64,000 nt of DNA from assembly GCA_008632985.1 (NCBI GenBank), contig QPGO01000028.1:429598-493597 (forward strand), written 5' to 3'. This document shows positions 48,070 through 58,700 of the stretch, piece by piece. How positions within the stretch are numbered: the first letter of the stretch is position 1; every line of letters starts with the position of its first letter. The position numbers and the translations under genes were made by a program. Origin of the DNA: Psammoneis japonica (Eukaryota). A model generated the notes under the pieces. It searched no databases, was not told the DNA's origin, and worked only from the letters and a program-made list of their open reading frames with translations.

Positions 48070-50205
48070 AGTTCAGAAAATCAATCAACCACAATCGCTG
48101 ACGCATGATCTCGAGTGCTTGTCTCCAGTGCAGAAGGCGACATATGTGACAATGCACGTCATGGTCATTTAACGAAAAATGGAAAGACACGTCATCGTGG
48201 CAGATGGTGCGGGGAGCGGGGACACGGTTTTTTGTCACCAACCGCGAGTTGGAGGTGCTGCTCATCAAGATCCAATCATGGTCAATGTAGAAGTTCCTGA
48301 GACCAAGAAGGACAAAGATCTCAAGAAGTGTGCTGCAGACATCAAGGCTTGCTGCTTTCTTGAGCTTTGCCACAAGGTGGCTGCAAGAGCTGATGCGGCT
48401 GCTCCCAGCCAGCTCAAGCCTGCTTCTTCTGATGCTCTCAAAGAGTCGAGCAAGACAGAGCAAGCTCGCAGCACCAACAAGATTGTTTCCTCTGCTTTCA
48501 ATGGCATTGAGGCTGTGAATTTTTCAACCAAGTTGTCACTTTGTGCTCTGCGTGTGCAGACAAGAAGGCATCATTTGCTGATGCCATTTGTTCCTTCAAG
48601 TTTGTGGACCACCCGCTTTTTGTCATGTTTGTGATGACCTGTTTGTCCAACGCATCAATGTTTTGAACTTCCTCACTCCCTGTGCAGACAATTCTGAGCA
48701 CAATCAGATCATTGTAGAGGGGCCTGAGATCTCCGAGCATTTTGCAAACATGGGTTCCAAGATGACTCTGCAGCTGAGTCGATCAAAAACGGTCTGCCTT
48801 GTGCACTCATGGCCGTGCCTGGGATTTTTCAGATGCCATCACTGCTCTGAGCAATTTTGGGCTTGCATTTGATGCCTTTGTGGAGAATTTCAATGAGAGT
48901 GCTGCTGTTTGGCAGCTGCTTCTCCACTGCTGCAAAATGTGGCTTTCATTGAGGTTGGCAAGACTTGGATCACAGGTGATGGCAGCTCTCATGAGATTGC
49001 CATGAACATTCTGAATGATGCTCAAACTGCCATCAGCACATTTTTCCAGCTTGGAAGCTTCCCTTGCTGTCATGAGGTGATTCACAACTCCCAACAAGGT
49101 TCAGGCTGTTGCTTGATTTCACTGTGAACACTGAAAATGGACCAACTGCTGGCTTGCTGGCAACCCTCCTGTTGAGAGTCCACTCACCAAGGAAGTTGGG
49201 AGATGCAAAGATCAAAGCCTGCACTGAAGAGACAGAGCCACCAGATGGACTCAACTTTGACCCAGTGGCAGCTGCTGCTGGTGGTCAGTGCCCCACCTCT
49301 CTTTCTGCAGTTCAAGAAGGCCAAGAAGACGTGGAAGACAAATGAAGGAAATGGAGGAATTGCAAGCAATTTCTGAACCATGTGCTTCACAAAAAGAGGA
49401 AAACACATGAAACCAAAATGAGAAGCAAGAATGTGGAGAGCCACATGGGAAAATGTGCACAGTCACAAACACCCTGAAAACCCATGTCATCATTTGTCAC
49501 TCACTTTTGGGAAGGTGCAAAAACAATCACATGATTGCAGGTGCAAGAAATTCAGTGCAGTCTGCAGAAAAAGAGGAGGTCTGTGTGGTGCCAAAGAAAA
49601 ACATTTCCCACAGCACAGGCCCATCTCTGGCTGCTGCACTTGCCATGGCTTCTGATTTCTTTTGTCTCAAACAGCAAACCTGGTTGCCAAACCCCCCTCT
49701 CCTGCATGAGCTCTGGACCTGGTGCACCGACATTGTTGCTGGATCAAAGTCTGCCTGGAAGGAAGCTTGGGGAGGATTGGCAGCAATCATGTCCATTGGC
49801 AAATTGCCAATGTGGAAAGGCCAAGCATCCGATGTGGAGCATCATCTGCCAGAGCACAAAAAAGAAGCCCCCGCACAACATGCAACAACTGAGGCACCCA
49901 AAGTGCATCGTGTCACCATCAGCACAAGTGAGATGAGCCACCCCAGTTGTCGACCACTCAGTGGATGGTGATTGCAGACTTTTTCATGTCTGTTGTGCAG
50001 TCTGTCATGCAGCCCATCATCATGCAGTCCATCGGCCACACTGTTTGAATTCGTGTCCCTCGGATTTTGGAATGGCATGGGTTGTTTAGACCAAATGAAT
50101 TGTTCAAGTTTGAAAAATGATCATTGAGGGTGTGTTGGAGTTTACAGTGTGGACTTTCAAAAAAAAAGAACCAAGTTCCCTCTGTGTTGGAGCTTGCAAT
50201 GTGGA
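48070..50205. other. Decayed TpA-depleted repeat, host of the copia insertion; continues at 57540
   Basis: Abrupt loss of TA directly upstream of the aspartoacylase start; Cys/His-rich pseudo-ORFs. Confidence 0.55.
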
Positions 50206-50210
50206 CTTTC

Positions 50211-50379
50211 TTATGGACCAGCGGCATTGGGACAATGCAACGGATGTCTGGGACAGATGACAATCGTGCACTGGATGAGAAAGAAAGTGAGCAAAGGAGA
50301 GATCATCGGATCTCTCCGTGCTGTCTGTGCTGGTCTGTCCGACACAAGGGAGTGTGCTCCCCGTCTCGGATGTCTGTCA
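50211..50379 (-). repeat. 3' LTR (169 bp)
   Basis: Ungapped alignment to 57366-57534 with 22 mismatches. Preceded on the minus strand by the PPT at 50380-50388. Confidence 0.95.
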
Positions 50380-50521
50380 CCCTCCCCTGATGAGCAATGC
50401 AATGCTCAACAAGAAAGAAAGAGACAATCCGAATAAAAAGAGAGGGCCAGAATGGCAAAGAACAAAACAAATAAAACAGAGGCACACCCAAGACTCAATC
50501 CACAACAAAACCCGACAACAA

Positions 50522-53500
50522 TCAACGGCAGTGTCCCATCAAGCGGCGGGCATGGCGGGAATGGAGTGTCCAACCCACGGCCTTGGTCAGTGCATCAGCA
50601 GGGTCAATGACACCCGGGATGTGTCGAGTGACAATCTTGCCTGCGTCATGCCAGTCTTGGACAGCAAAATGTTGAACATCAATGTGGTGGGATCGCTCCG
50701 CAGGCACCTTGTCATTGACCATCTGGATGGCAGAGGAGTTGTCAAGGTGCAAGGGAGCTGGATCACGTTGGGGAAAACCCAATTCTTCCAGAGCCATGCG
50801 GAGGTGCAGGGTTTGTTTTGCACCAGTGACAGCTGCGAGGAACTCAGCTTCCATGGAACCAGTGGTGGCAATCGTTTGCGTGCGGCATCGACAGTCAATC
50901 GCAGCACCAGCAAGGACATGGGCATGTGCCGCATCAATGAATCCAAGAAGTTGGAAAAGGTCAACAGCACGAGGAAAATCCGGGAGAGATGGGTCATCCT
51001 CAAGCCATTCAAAATCGCGAGGAGGGAGGCCGGGATCGCGTTCAGACTTCTTGCAGGTCAGTCCCCAATGTTTGGTGCGCCGCAAACACTTGGCCACGCG
51101 CTTGAGTGAACTGCAATGGAGCTCAGCCGGTGCCTTGGAAAACTTGGACAAGGTGACAACAGGACAGCCAATGTCCAAATGACAACAGGAGCAGGCAAAG
51201 ACCAACCCACCCAAGACAGAACAGCGCAAGAATCCTTGGGACTCAGCAAGAGCATCATGCTTGGGTGCGCCCTCTTCAGGACCTTCGGCAGCACACAGAT
51301 CAGGAATGCAATCAACCGGAACAGGTGTGGCCTTGAAATCAGAATCAGACTCATGCGCAGTGGGAGCATCCCAACCATGGGTCTTGAAAACACGGTCAAG
51401 GTGGCTGGCAACGTTGACAGTGATTGAGTCGTCATTTTGAATGACATCAACACTGTTGAATTCAGCAACCAATCCCAAATGCTTGAAGGGAGGAGTGTCC
51501 TCATTCTCCATCTGGAGAGCCCTGCCAACATGGTCGTAGATCTCTTTCGCAATCTTTTCAGATGGACAAGCAAGAGCAAAATCATCAACCTGGCGAAGGA
51601 GGAGGACCTTGACACCATCATGTTCACCGGAATGGATGCACTTGTCATGAGTGGCATCACGGAAAAGAAGTTTCGCACCCGTGAGAATCGAGTTGACATG
51701 CTTCTCCCAGAGGACACCAGCTTCAGGATGGCCTTGAAGAGCATGCTTGAGCGGGAGAGACGCGTTCCAGCCCTAGGTGGGAGCTCGTAGCACTGACGTG
51801 TGACAACAATAATTTTTATCATCCGTCGTATGTTTCGTACGTAGATTTCTACGTGTGTTATTTAAAAAAAATTGTCCAGACTCGCTGTTTTGCGAAGCCC
51901 CAGACGTTTTATATAACAAATTTATAGAAACAATAATGCGCCAGTTACATTCTTCAATGTCTGAAGAATGTAGCTGTCTAAGTAACAAATGATGTACTTC
52001 AATCATGTGCGAGTTTGTGCGTTCGCAAAATTGCCTCATTTTCTGTTGGCGATCATTGACATTTTAATTACCGTATAATTTTACTACGGAGCTCGCACGT
52101 AGAAGTCTGCGGGCCCAATGTCACACGGATTCCCACCTACGTCTGGAACGCGTCGAGAACACAATGGCGGGGCACTTTCTTGCCAAATCTCTTTTCACAC
52201 CAGGCAGCATGTGCATCATCAACAGCAACAAAAACCGGTTGTGATGGGCCAGGAGAATGAGCGCAGGCATCCCGAGCATCGCCTCCGAAGACACAATGCG
52301 ACACAGCCGCACTGAGAGCGAAAAACATCTTTTCGACAGAATGTTCCACACACGACGAACAGGTGGAAGTCAACTTGTGCAAGGCTGGCATTGCGACTTG
52401 GAACCATCGCCACATTGTCGAGAGCGACGTTGTCCATCCGGCTTTGCCATGTGATCCCAATGCGGACGCATGATGTTCGCGCCAGGGGGACATGGTTGCG
52501 GAGGACCACACATGCCCAGGGCATCAAATTGGTCCAGTTGACGCTGTTCGCCTTCTTCCCATTCAGGCCATGTGTCAAGTTTACGAAGTTTGGCGCGGGT
52601 GAGACGGTCAAGAGCAGCTTCCTCCGGAGTGAGTGAGCGAGAGCCAATCGCACTGAGATGTGCACAAAATGCATCCGCAGGAATGGCCTCATCCGAAAAA
52701 TCATCATTGGGACAGAGAAGAGCCACAACAGATCGCACATCTTCCAAAGCAAGTTTGGGAACATGAGAGTCGTCCTCCATGGTGTCAGGTTCAAATGACC
52801 CCGCTTCCTCAAATGCCTTGTCAAGGGTGCGACGTCGTTCCGGCGCAAAAGCAATCTCGAAAGTCGAAATTTTATCATGGAAGACCTGAGACAAGGCCTC
52901 TTCAGCATCCAAAGGAGTAAAGACCTCATGCTTGTTGACAGAGACAATGCATGCACCCACAATCTTGTTGCGAGCAGCACGGAGGGAAGAAAACAATGAA
53001 GCCGCAGGACTGCGCTGCTTGATTTCCGACACATGGACACGGTCCATCAGCGCACACTGAGAAAATCCAAAACCACAAGTGGGGTCCTTTGGAGGACGTT
53101 TCATGGCACATGCAACAGTCGCAGCAAACGGATTTGACGAAGATGTGAACACAGGAACGGTGGTGTCCTGTGTTTCAGCTGGAAAAGGCTGACCATTTTC
53201 CACACACTGTAAATGGACAGCATTGGGAGGGAGTTGATCCAAAAATGGGTCATTCACACCCTCATCGCAGTGCACATGCTTGGCTGTCTTGACTTTGTCG
53301 GTCTCAGGATCCCACCACATGACATTCTTGAGGGTGTTGGGAAGGTGACCAAGGAAGACACCCTTCTTGGAATTGGTCTGGAAGGTGGCAGAACGAGCAG
53401 TGGACCGTTTGGACCATGCTCGACATCCGAAAGTCTTCAGAGCAGTAAAATCTTTGACCTTTCCGGCAGCAAGAGTGATGGGTGCCGCATCTTGAGCTTT

Positions 53501-54800
53501 TGCAGGAGCAGCATTCTTGATGCGGAGGCAGTGGTAAAATGCATGGGGCCAGAATCGGATCGGAAGGTTGGCACCAATTAAAATCACACGAATCGCGTTT
53601 TCAACAGTCAAGTGTGAGCGTTCAATGGGCCCACATTGGTTGGATGCACCAGCGCCAGAAGGACAGATGTTGCACTGGAATTCTTGTTCAAAGAGGTCAC
53701 GAACTTTGGGGTTTTTGCACAATTCCCCACCTTGGTCCATGAACGCATGTTCATCACGACAATTTGGTGAATGTCGATCCGAGAATCGGCGAAGCCACTT
53801 GAGAGGACTGGCCTTTGAAACCCTCGCCACTCCATGGAGCATCCGCGTGTGATGATCATAGACAGCAATCCAACATGTTTCACCATTGCATCCAAGACAA
53901 TCAACCTTGCGAGCCTCATTCTTGGAAGTCTGGCCAGCAAAAGCAAAGTCTACAGTGAGACCTTGGTGTGGTTGGGTCGCCTTCCGAGTCGTGTTCGGTC
54001 CAGCAGGAGTCTTGACTTGCTTGGCTTGGATGCACACAGGGCAACTTGGGGACGCCCTCAATGTGCTTGTGAGCATTGTACAAGCAGTGATCACTGGGGT
54101 GTCCAAGGCATTGATGCCATGGAAGACGTTCAGTCTCAACCTTGAGAGAGCGGACAGGAGCAGGGGCAGACAACGGAGCTGAGTCACACTGCATCGAAAA
54201 CAGCTCAGCATCCATCAGCAAGGGATCAGATGGACCTTGTTGGACGTTGACAAAAAAGACTGCACGTCGACATGCATCATCAACATCATCAACCAAGGAC
54301 ATGTCAGGGGTCGTCGATGTCGAAGGGACACTGGACGGAGACGGAGGAACCAGGGGTTGTGTGAACACCTTGCCATGTCGAAGAATGCCATGGACAACTG
54401 CCGCTTGTGCATCAGCAGAGGCAGTGCAAGTGCAAGTGCCGTCGGCACATGTCTTCTCAAGGAGCTCGGAGCAAATGGACTGAGATTTGAAACCAGAAGC
54501 CCGCGCAAAATCACGCTCATCAATCAAAGTGGAACGCAGACTGGGATGGTAAAAAGCACATACGAGAAGAAAGCCTTCAGGATTTGTTGCAGGCACCTGC
54601 AGGTGACCAAAGCCATGGGGAACCGCATCAGAGCCTTAAGGAGTGTGGGCGTGGAGGAGGTTCTTGTCCCCTGTGCAGGACACCCAAGCACCAGTGTGAA
54701 TCTGTGCACGACACATCGTTGAATCACGAAGTGCATGATTGATGGGAACGACTGGGGTTGCCAAGGATGCAAAGGTCACAGGTGACTCCGGGGGAGAAAA
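50522..54800 (-). pseudogene. Copia pol (protease, integrase, RT, RNase H), frameshifted and interrupted by a MITE
   Basis: WHQCLGHP..CPVC (HHCC), MDQGGE, GPIER, FWPHAF, LKTFGC, HALQGHPEAG and RNase H EAEF..LDNSSAI..HIDVQHF..ADALTK. Confidence 0.9.
51759..52154. mobile_element. 396-bp non-autonomous TIR element (MITE), 24-bp TIRs, 4-bp TSD GAGA
   Basis: Left end GACGCGTTCCAGCCCTAGGTGGGA against right-end reverse complement GACGCGTTCCAGACGTAGGTGGGA (2 mismatches). GAGA at 51755-58 and 52155-58. Excision restores RT HCVLPLKHALQGHPEAG. Confidence 0.92.
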
Positions 54801-55084
54801 AATCGGGGAGATGCGCGCGGCACTGAGAGGCAACAAATGCTGGGTGCCAGTCATGTCAAGATGCTCAAATGCTTGGTCTTGGTCAGTGGACAATGGAGCA
54901 TCAGCATCCAATGCAGGAGGATCCAATTCCCTCCCCTGATTGTGATTGCCAGGGTCATCATCAGGAATCATCTTGGGATCAGGAGCACCAGCCTTCGTCG
55001 AGCTCGAAAGAAGGGCAGCAAATGAGACAGGTGAAAGAGGAGGATCAGCGGAAGGCAACGAGTCGTTTGGACCCTCTTTCACAG

Positions 55085-57163
55085 TTACCCCGCTTGCAGG
55101 AGTTTTTGGATTGGAGGAGGATGGGCGGCATTGTTTGTCCGAACGCAACAATGGCCCTGGGAAAAATCCTTCTTGGCCGTGCCAGACTCAAGTGCATCAT
55201 GAGCATGCTGGTCACGTTGAAGGAACTGGGAGAACCGAGCAAGATGGGTGCACAGGTGCTCAGCATTGTTCAACACAGGACACTCATGGAACAAGTGGTT
55301 GTTGCCACAAACAACACATGGACGGTTCTGTGCAATGGCAGGCAAGGACTTGATCCTGTGGATGCAGGCCTTGTAGACACCATGGAGGGCTTGTGCATCA
55401 TCATCTGTGGGAACATCCACAGCAGCAAGTTCATTCACAAAACACTCCACAGTTTCCGCAGGTTCTTCCGCAGGAGGAGAGTCAGGTTCCTTGGGAGGCT
55501 CTTCAATCGCTGGAGGCGGAGTAGAAACTTCATCTTGGGGAAGCAAGTCAAGACCGTGGACAGGAGCTGCGAGAGGAGGAGGAGGCGAAGTGTGAAGACG
55601 ACGTGGAGGACATTTGGGAGGTTCCTTGACACGCAGAGCTGGACCATCCGGTTCCTTGAGAATCGCACTGACAGTTTCAACAATCTTCTTCTGGGTGAAC
55701 TTGTGTTGTTTGGTCTTGTCTTCCCCGGCGTCCGCTGTTTTACGGTGAAGGTGCTCGCCATGGCGGGTGTTGCTGAGAAAGACATCAAGCTCACCAGGGT
55801 CATCAAGAGGTGCATCAACATTGGAGATGATGGCGCGTAGCTGGAGGTAGTCTCTGAATAGAGCACAACAGCCAAGGACCGTAAGATTGTTTTGGTGCGG
55901 GCAGCTCTTGATCAACTCGTGCGGACGCTTTGTCCAAATCGGCAGGACATCAAAGAGAATCATCTTGACAGCCGCATGTCCATCACCATGACATTGGCGA
56001 ACGATGTCAGGGCACTTGGAGTCTGCCGGAAAAATTCCAACTTTCTGAATGCACTGGAAGACAGTCAGTTTCATTCGGTCAAGTGCTGCTGTCATCCGGA
56101 GAGGCAGATCATCAGTGGGATCATTGCCACAGGTGAAACCCCAATTTCCACCATCCTTGATAAAACACCACAGAGGGTGCATGTGCACACCACAAGCCAA
56201 GGCTTGTTGGGTTGCAGCACGAATTCCTTGAGGAGAGACATCATCACAAGTGAGAGGATCGCGAAGGAAAGACTTTGCATCCCAGTCAGTGCGATGAACA
56301 AAGAGTGAACCATCAGCAAGGATCAGACGCTCAGCACCATCCTCGTGACAAAGGTTTCCAGACTTGCAGGGCACCAGAGATTTTCCGAGTGCGACTTTCC
56401 CGGCTTCCTTGCACTGACAGCGGGCCAGTGCATCCTTTGGAAGTCCTTTCGGATTAAAGGCATGTAAAGCACTGGCAGTCGTCGAGGAAGAAGGCGTGCC
56501 AGTGGCAGTCACAATGGAGGGTGCAGGAGACGATGCCTTGGGAGCAGAGTTCTTCAATGCGGTTGTCACAGCTTGCTCAAATTGTTTTGGACCAGGTGGA
56601 TGAGCAGCCAAGGCCCCAGCAAAATCTTCAGGAGTTGGACCTGCAGCAGTGGTCGATTGAGATGTAGATCCTGGAGGAGACGCTGACGGTGGGTGTGGAG
56701 CATCAGAGATGTCATCCCAACACAAATGATTCTCGAAATTGGGGCAAAAGAAGAGACTGACAGTCCCAACATACATGGTTGTGGCATCTTGAGCGTCTGA
56801 GATGGCTTTGATCATGGCTTTCTGAAGATTGGTGAGGTTCAGACGGTTTGGGGCATCTTGAGGAGCTGCCACGAAGAGGGGAGCTTTGTCAATGAGCGGT
56901 CCAATCCGTTTGAGATCCTTGGTCAAGGTGGCCTGAGGTGTGATTAAATCATGAACGATCTTGTGATGGATGGTTGCAATTGCGTCGGGCTTGAGGCCTG
57001 GAGGAGCAAATCCATCCAGAAGATCTTCAGGAGCAGGTGTGGCATCTGAATGAAGGTCATTCAGGTGAGAATGGGCATCAGGTGAGCAATTCTGCTGTTT
57101 GAATTCGACCTGTGTTGACTTGATCTTGGTCAAATCGACGGAAGTTTGCTTGGTCGGCGCCAT
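55085..57163 (-). pseudogene. Copia gag
   Basis: 692-aa frame with a C-terminal knuckle CVVCGNNHLFHECP, located after the PBS. Confidence 0.8.
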
Positions 57164-57355
57164 GGTTGCGCGGGAAAAAAATCAAAATCCCACGTAGAAC
57201 ACTGGCATGTGGTCTACAGTGGTTGTTTGATCACAGACAGAGAGGTGAAAAAACAGCTGTGACAATGATGATGATTTCAACGAAGAAAAGGTCGCCAAAT
57301 CACACAACAGGCGTTGCAATGGATGAGCACAGAGGAAGAGGAACAGCGCACTGCT

Positions 57356-57365
57356 GCTCATGACC
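57356..57365 (-). other. Primer-binding site GGTCATGAGC (copia-type half-tRNAiMet GGTTATGRGC with one T->C change)
   Basis: Directly adjacent to the 5' LTR. The plus strand GCTCATGACC matches the tRNAiMet anticodon arm GCTCATAACC with TA->TG. Confidence 0.7.
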
Positions 57366-57534
57366 TCACGGACTGGCGGTGTCGGGACAATCTAACGGAT
57401 GTCCAGGACAGATGACAATCGTGTGCTAGATGAGAAAGAAAGTGAGCAAAGGAGAGATCATCAGATCTCTCCATGCTGTCCATGCCAGTCTGTCCGACAC
57501 AAGGGAGTGCACTCCCCGTCTCGGATGTCTGTCA
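57366..57534 (-). repeat. 5' LTR (169 bp)
   Basis: Ungapped alignment to 50211-50379. Followed on the minus strand by the PBS. Confidence 0.95.
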
Positions 57535-58359
57535 CTTTCAAAAAACAAATTCTCTCTGTGGCAGGTGCACAGAGCTGTTTTTCAGCGGAGCTTGAAATTC
57601 ATGCAAGATTGGAGTTGCCGGCATGGTGTGTTGGGAGAAACATTCAGTTTTTGCTGGTTTTTGACAACACGTGGAATGTCTGTGGGGTCAAGAAATTGTG
57701 CCAGACATTGGCCGGGATGTGTGTCGTGTGGTTGTGTTGGCAAACAAGAAGAAAAAGAGTGTTTGTGTCATTCTTTGGTGGCACTGCAGTCATTGTGAAT
57801 CATCAAATGTGATGGCAGATGTTGACTCGTGAGTGGGATGAAAAGTTGGGCTGCTTGGTTTTGTCAAGTGCACATCCACGAGATTTGTCTGATGTCGCCA
57901 ACAAGTGTGTTTTTGCACTCACCCATGCCTGAATGTTTTCAGTGGGTGTGGTGATTGTGCAAGGTTGAAAGACTTTGCAATCATGCCCAAACTTGACATG
58001 AACTGTCTGGCATGACGGCAATCATTCGCGGCACCATCTGGAACAACTGTCATCACATCAAAGCACCATCTGGCCATCCACCGGAACAACAAACATGCAC
58101 GCACACACCACACATTCAATGGCACACACCCACACGCCCGCAGCACCAAGACACAGCAGAAGGACAAGTGGCCAATGCTCCCCCCCCCCCCCCCCGCAGG
58201 ACTTTTTTTTTGTGTGTGGCCAATGCTGGCATGCAGGCCTGTTCCTTTGGCTCGCTGCCGGCCACTGAGTCCACGTGCAAGTGTTCGGGAGTTTTCCGAC
58301 TGTCAGTCTTGTTTTCCAGATGGACTTTGGACAGGCTTTGTGTTGTTGTTTAACCAATT

Positions 58360-58700
58360 TAGCAGCAAATGTGTGTGGGCTGCAGTCGGCACGAGACTGG
58401 TTCTTTGTGAAGAATTCATGCACCAATGGTTCAAGAGAAAAGACACGCAGCTTGTCGAAGACTGGGTGCAAAAAAGTGATGGTCATGCCGCAGAAGGAAT
58501 CAAGGAACTCAATCGCAAAAAAATGTGCTGGGTGCCTGCCACATCTAATTTTGCCAACATCGATGCCGCCTTTGCTTGTCAGAATGTCTTGGTGTGCATT
58601 CAGCACACAGTCAGACAGCAGCATGGTTTTGACAAGGATGCTTTTTGGCAGGATTTCACTGACAGAGTTCACACGGTTGTCGTTTCACCTGCGGGCACTG
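58360..58700 (+). pseudogene. Crinkler/RHS-type PD-(D/E)xK nuclease-like remnant
   Basis: LCEEFMHQWF...CWVPATSNFANIDAAF..NVLVCIQHTVRQQH resembles the YWxP...NFPxIDA....xxQxTVxxxH pattern after Y->C/H reversion. Confidence 0.5.

Larger units (their letters stand above)
50211..57534 (-). mobile_element. Full-length Ty1/copia (CoDi II-like) LTR retrotransposon, hypermutated, with TSD CTTTC
   Basis: 169-bp LTRs at 50211-50379 and 57366-57534, CTTTC at 50206-50210 and 57535-57539, PPT AGGGGAGGG, half-tRNAiMet-type PBS, and gag-IN-RT-RNaseH order. Confidence 0.95.

Noticed and set aside
51774..52139. MITE read as a TA-TSD Tc1/mariner element (TAGGTGGGA...TCCCACCTA)
   Set aside because: The inverted repeat extends 15 bp further out, and only the GAGA TSD boundary restores the host RT sequence.
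57201..57225. GTGGTCTACAGTGGTT resembling a tRNA D-arm, as an alternative PBS or tRNA gene
   Set aside because: No cloverleaf or T-arm. The LTR boundary and a better PBS lie at 57356-57366.
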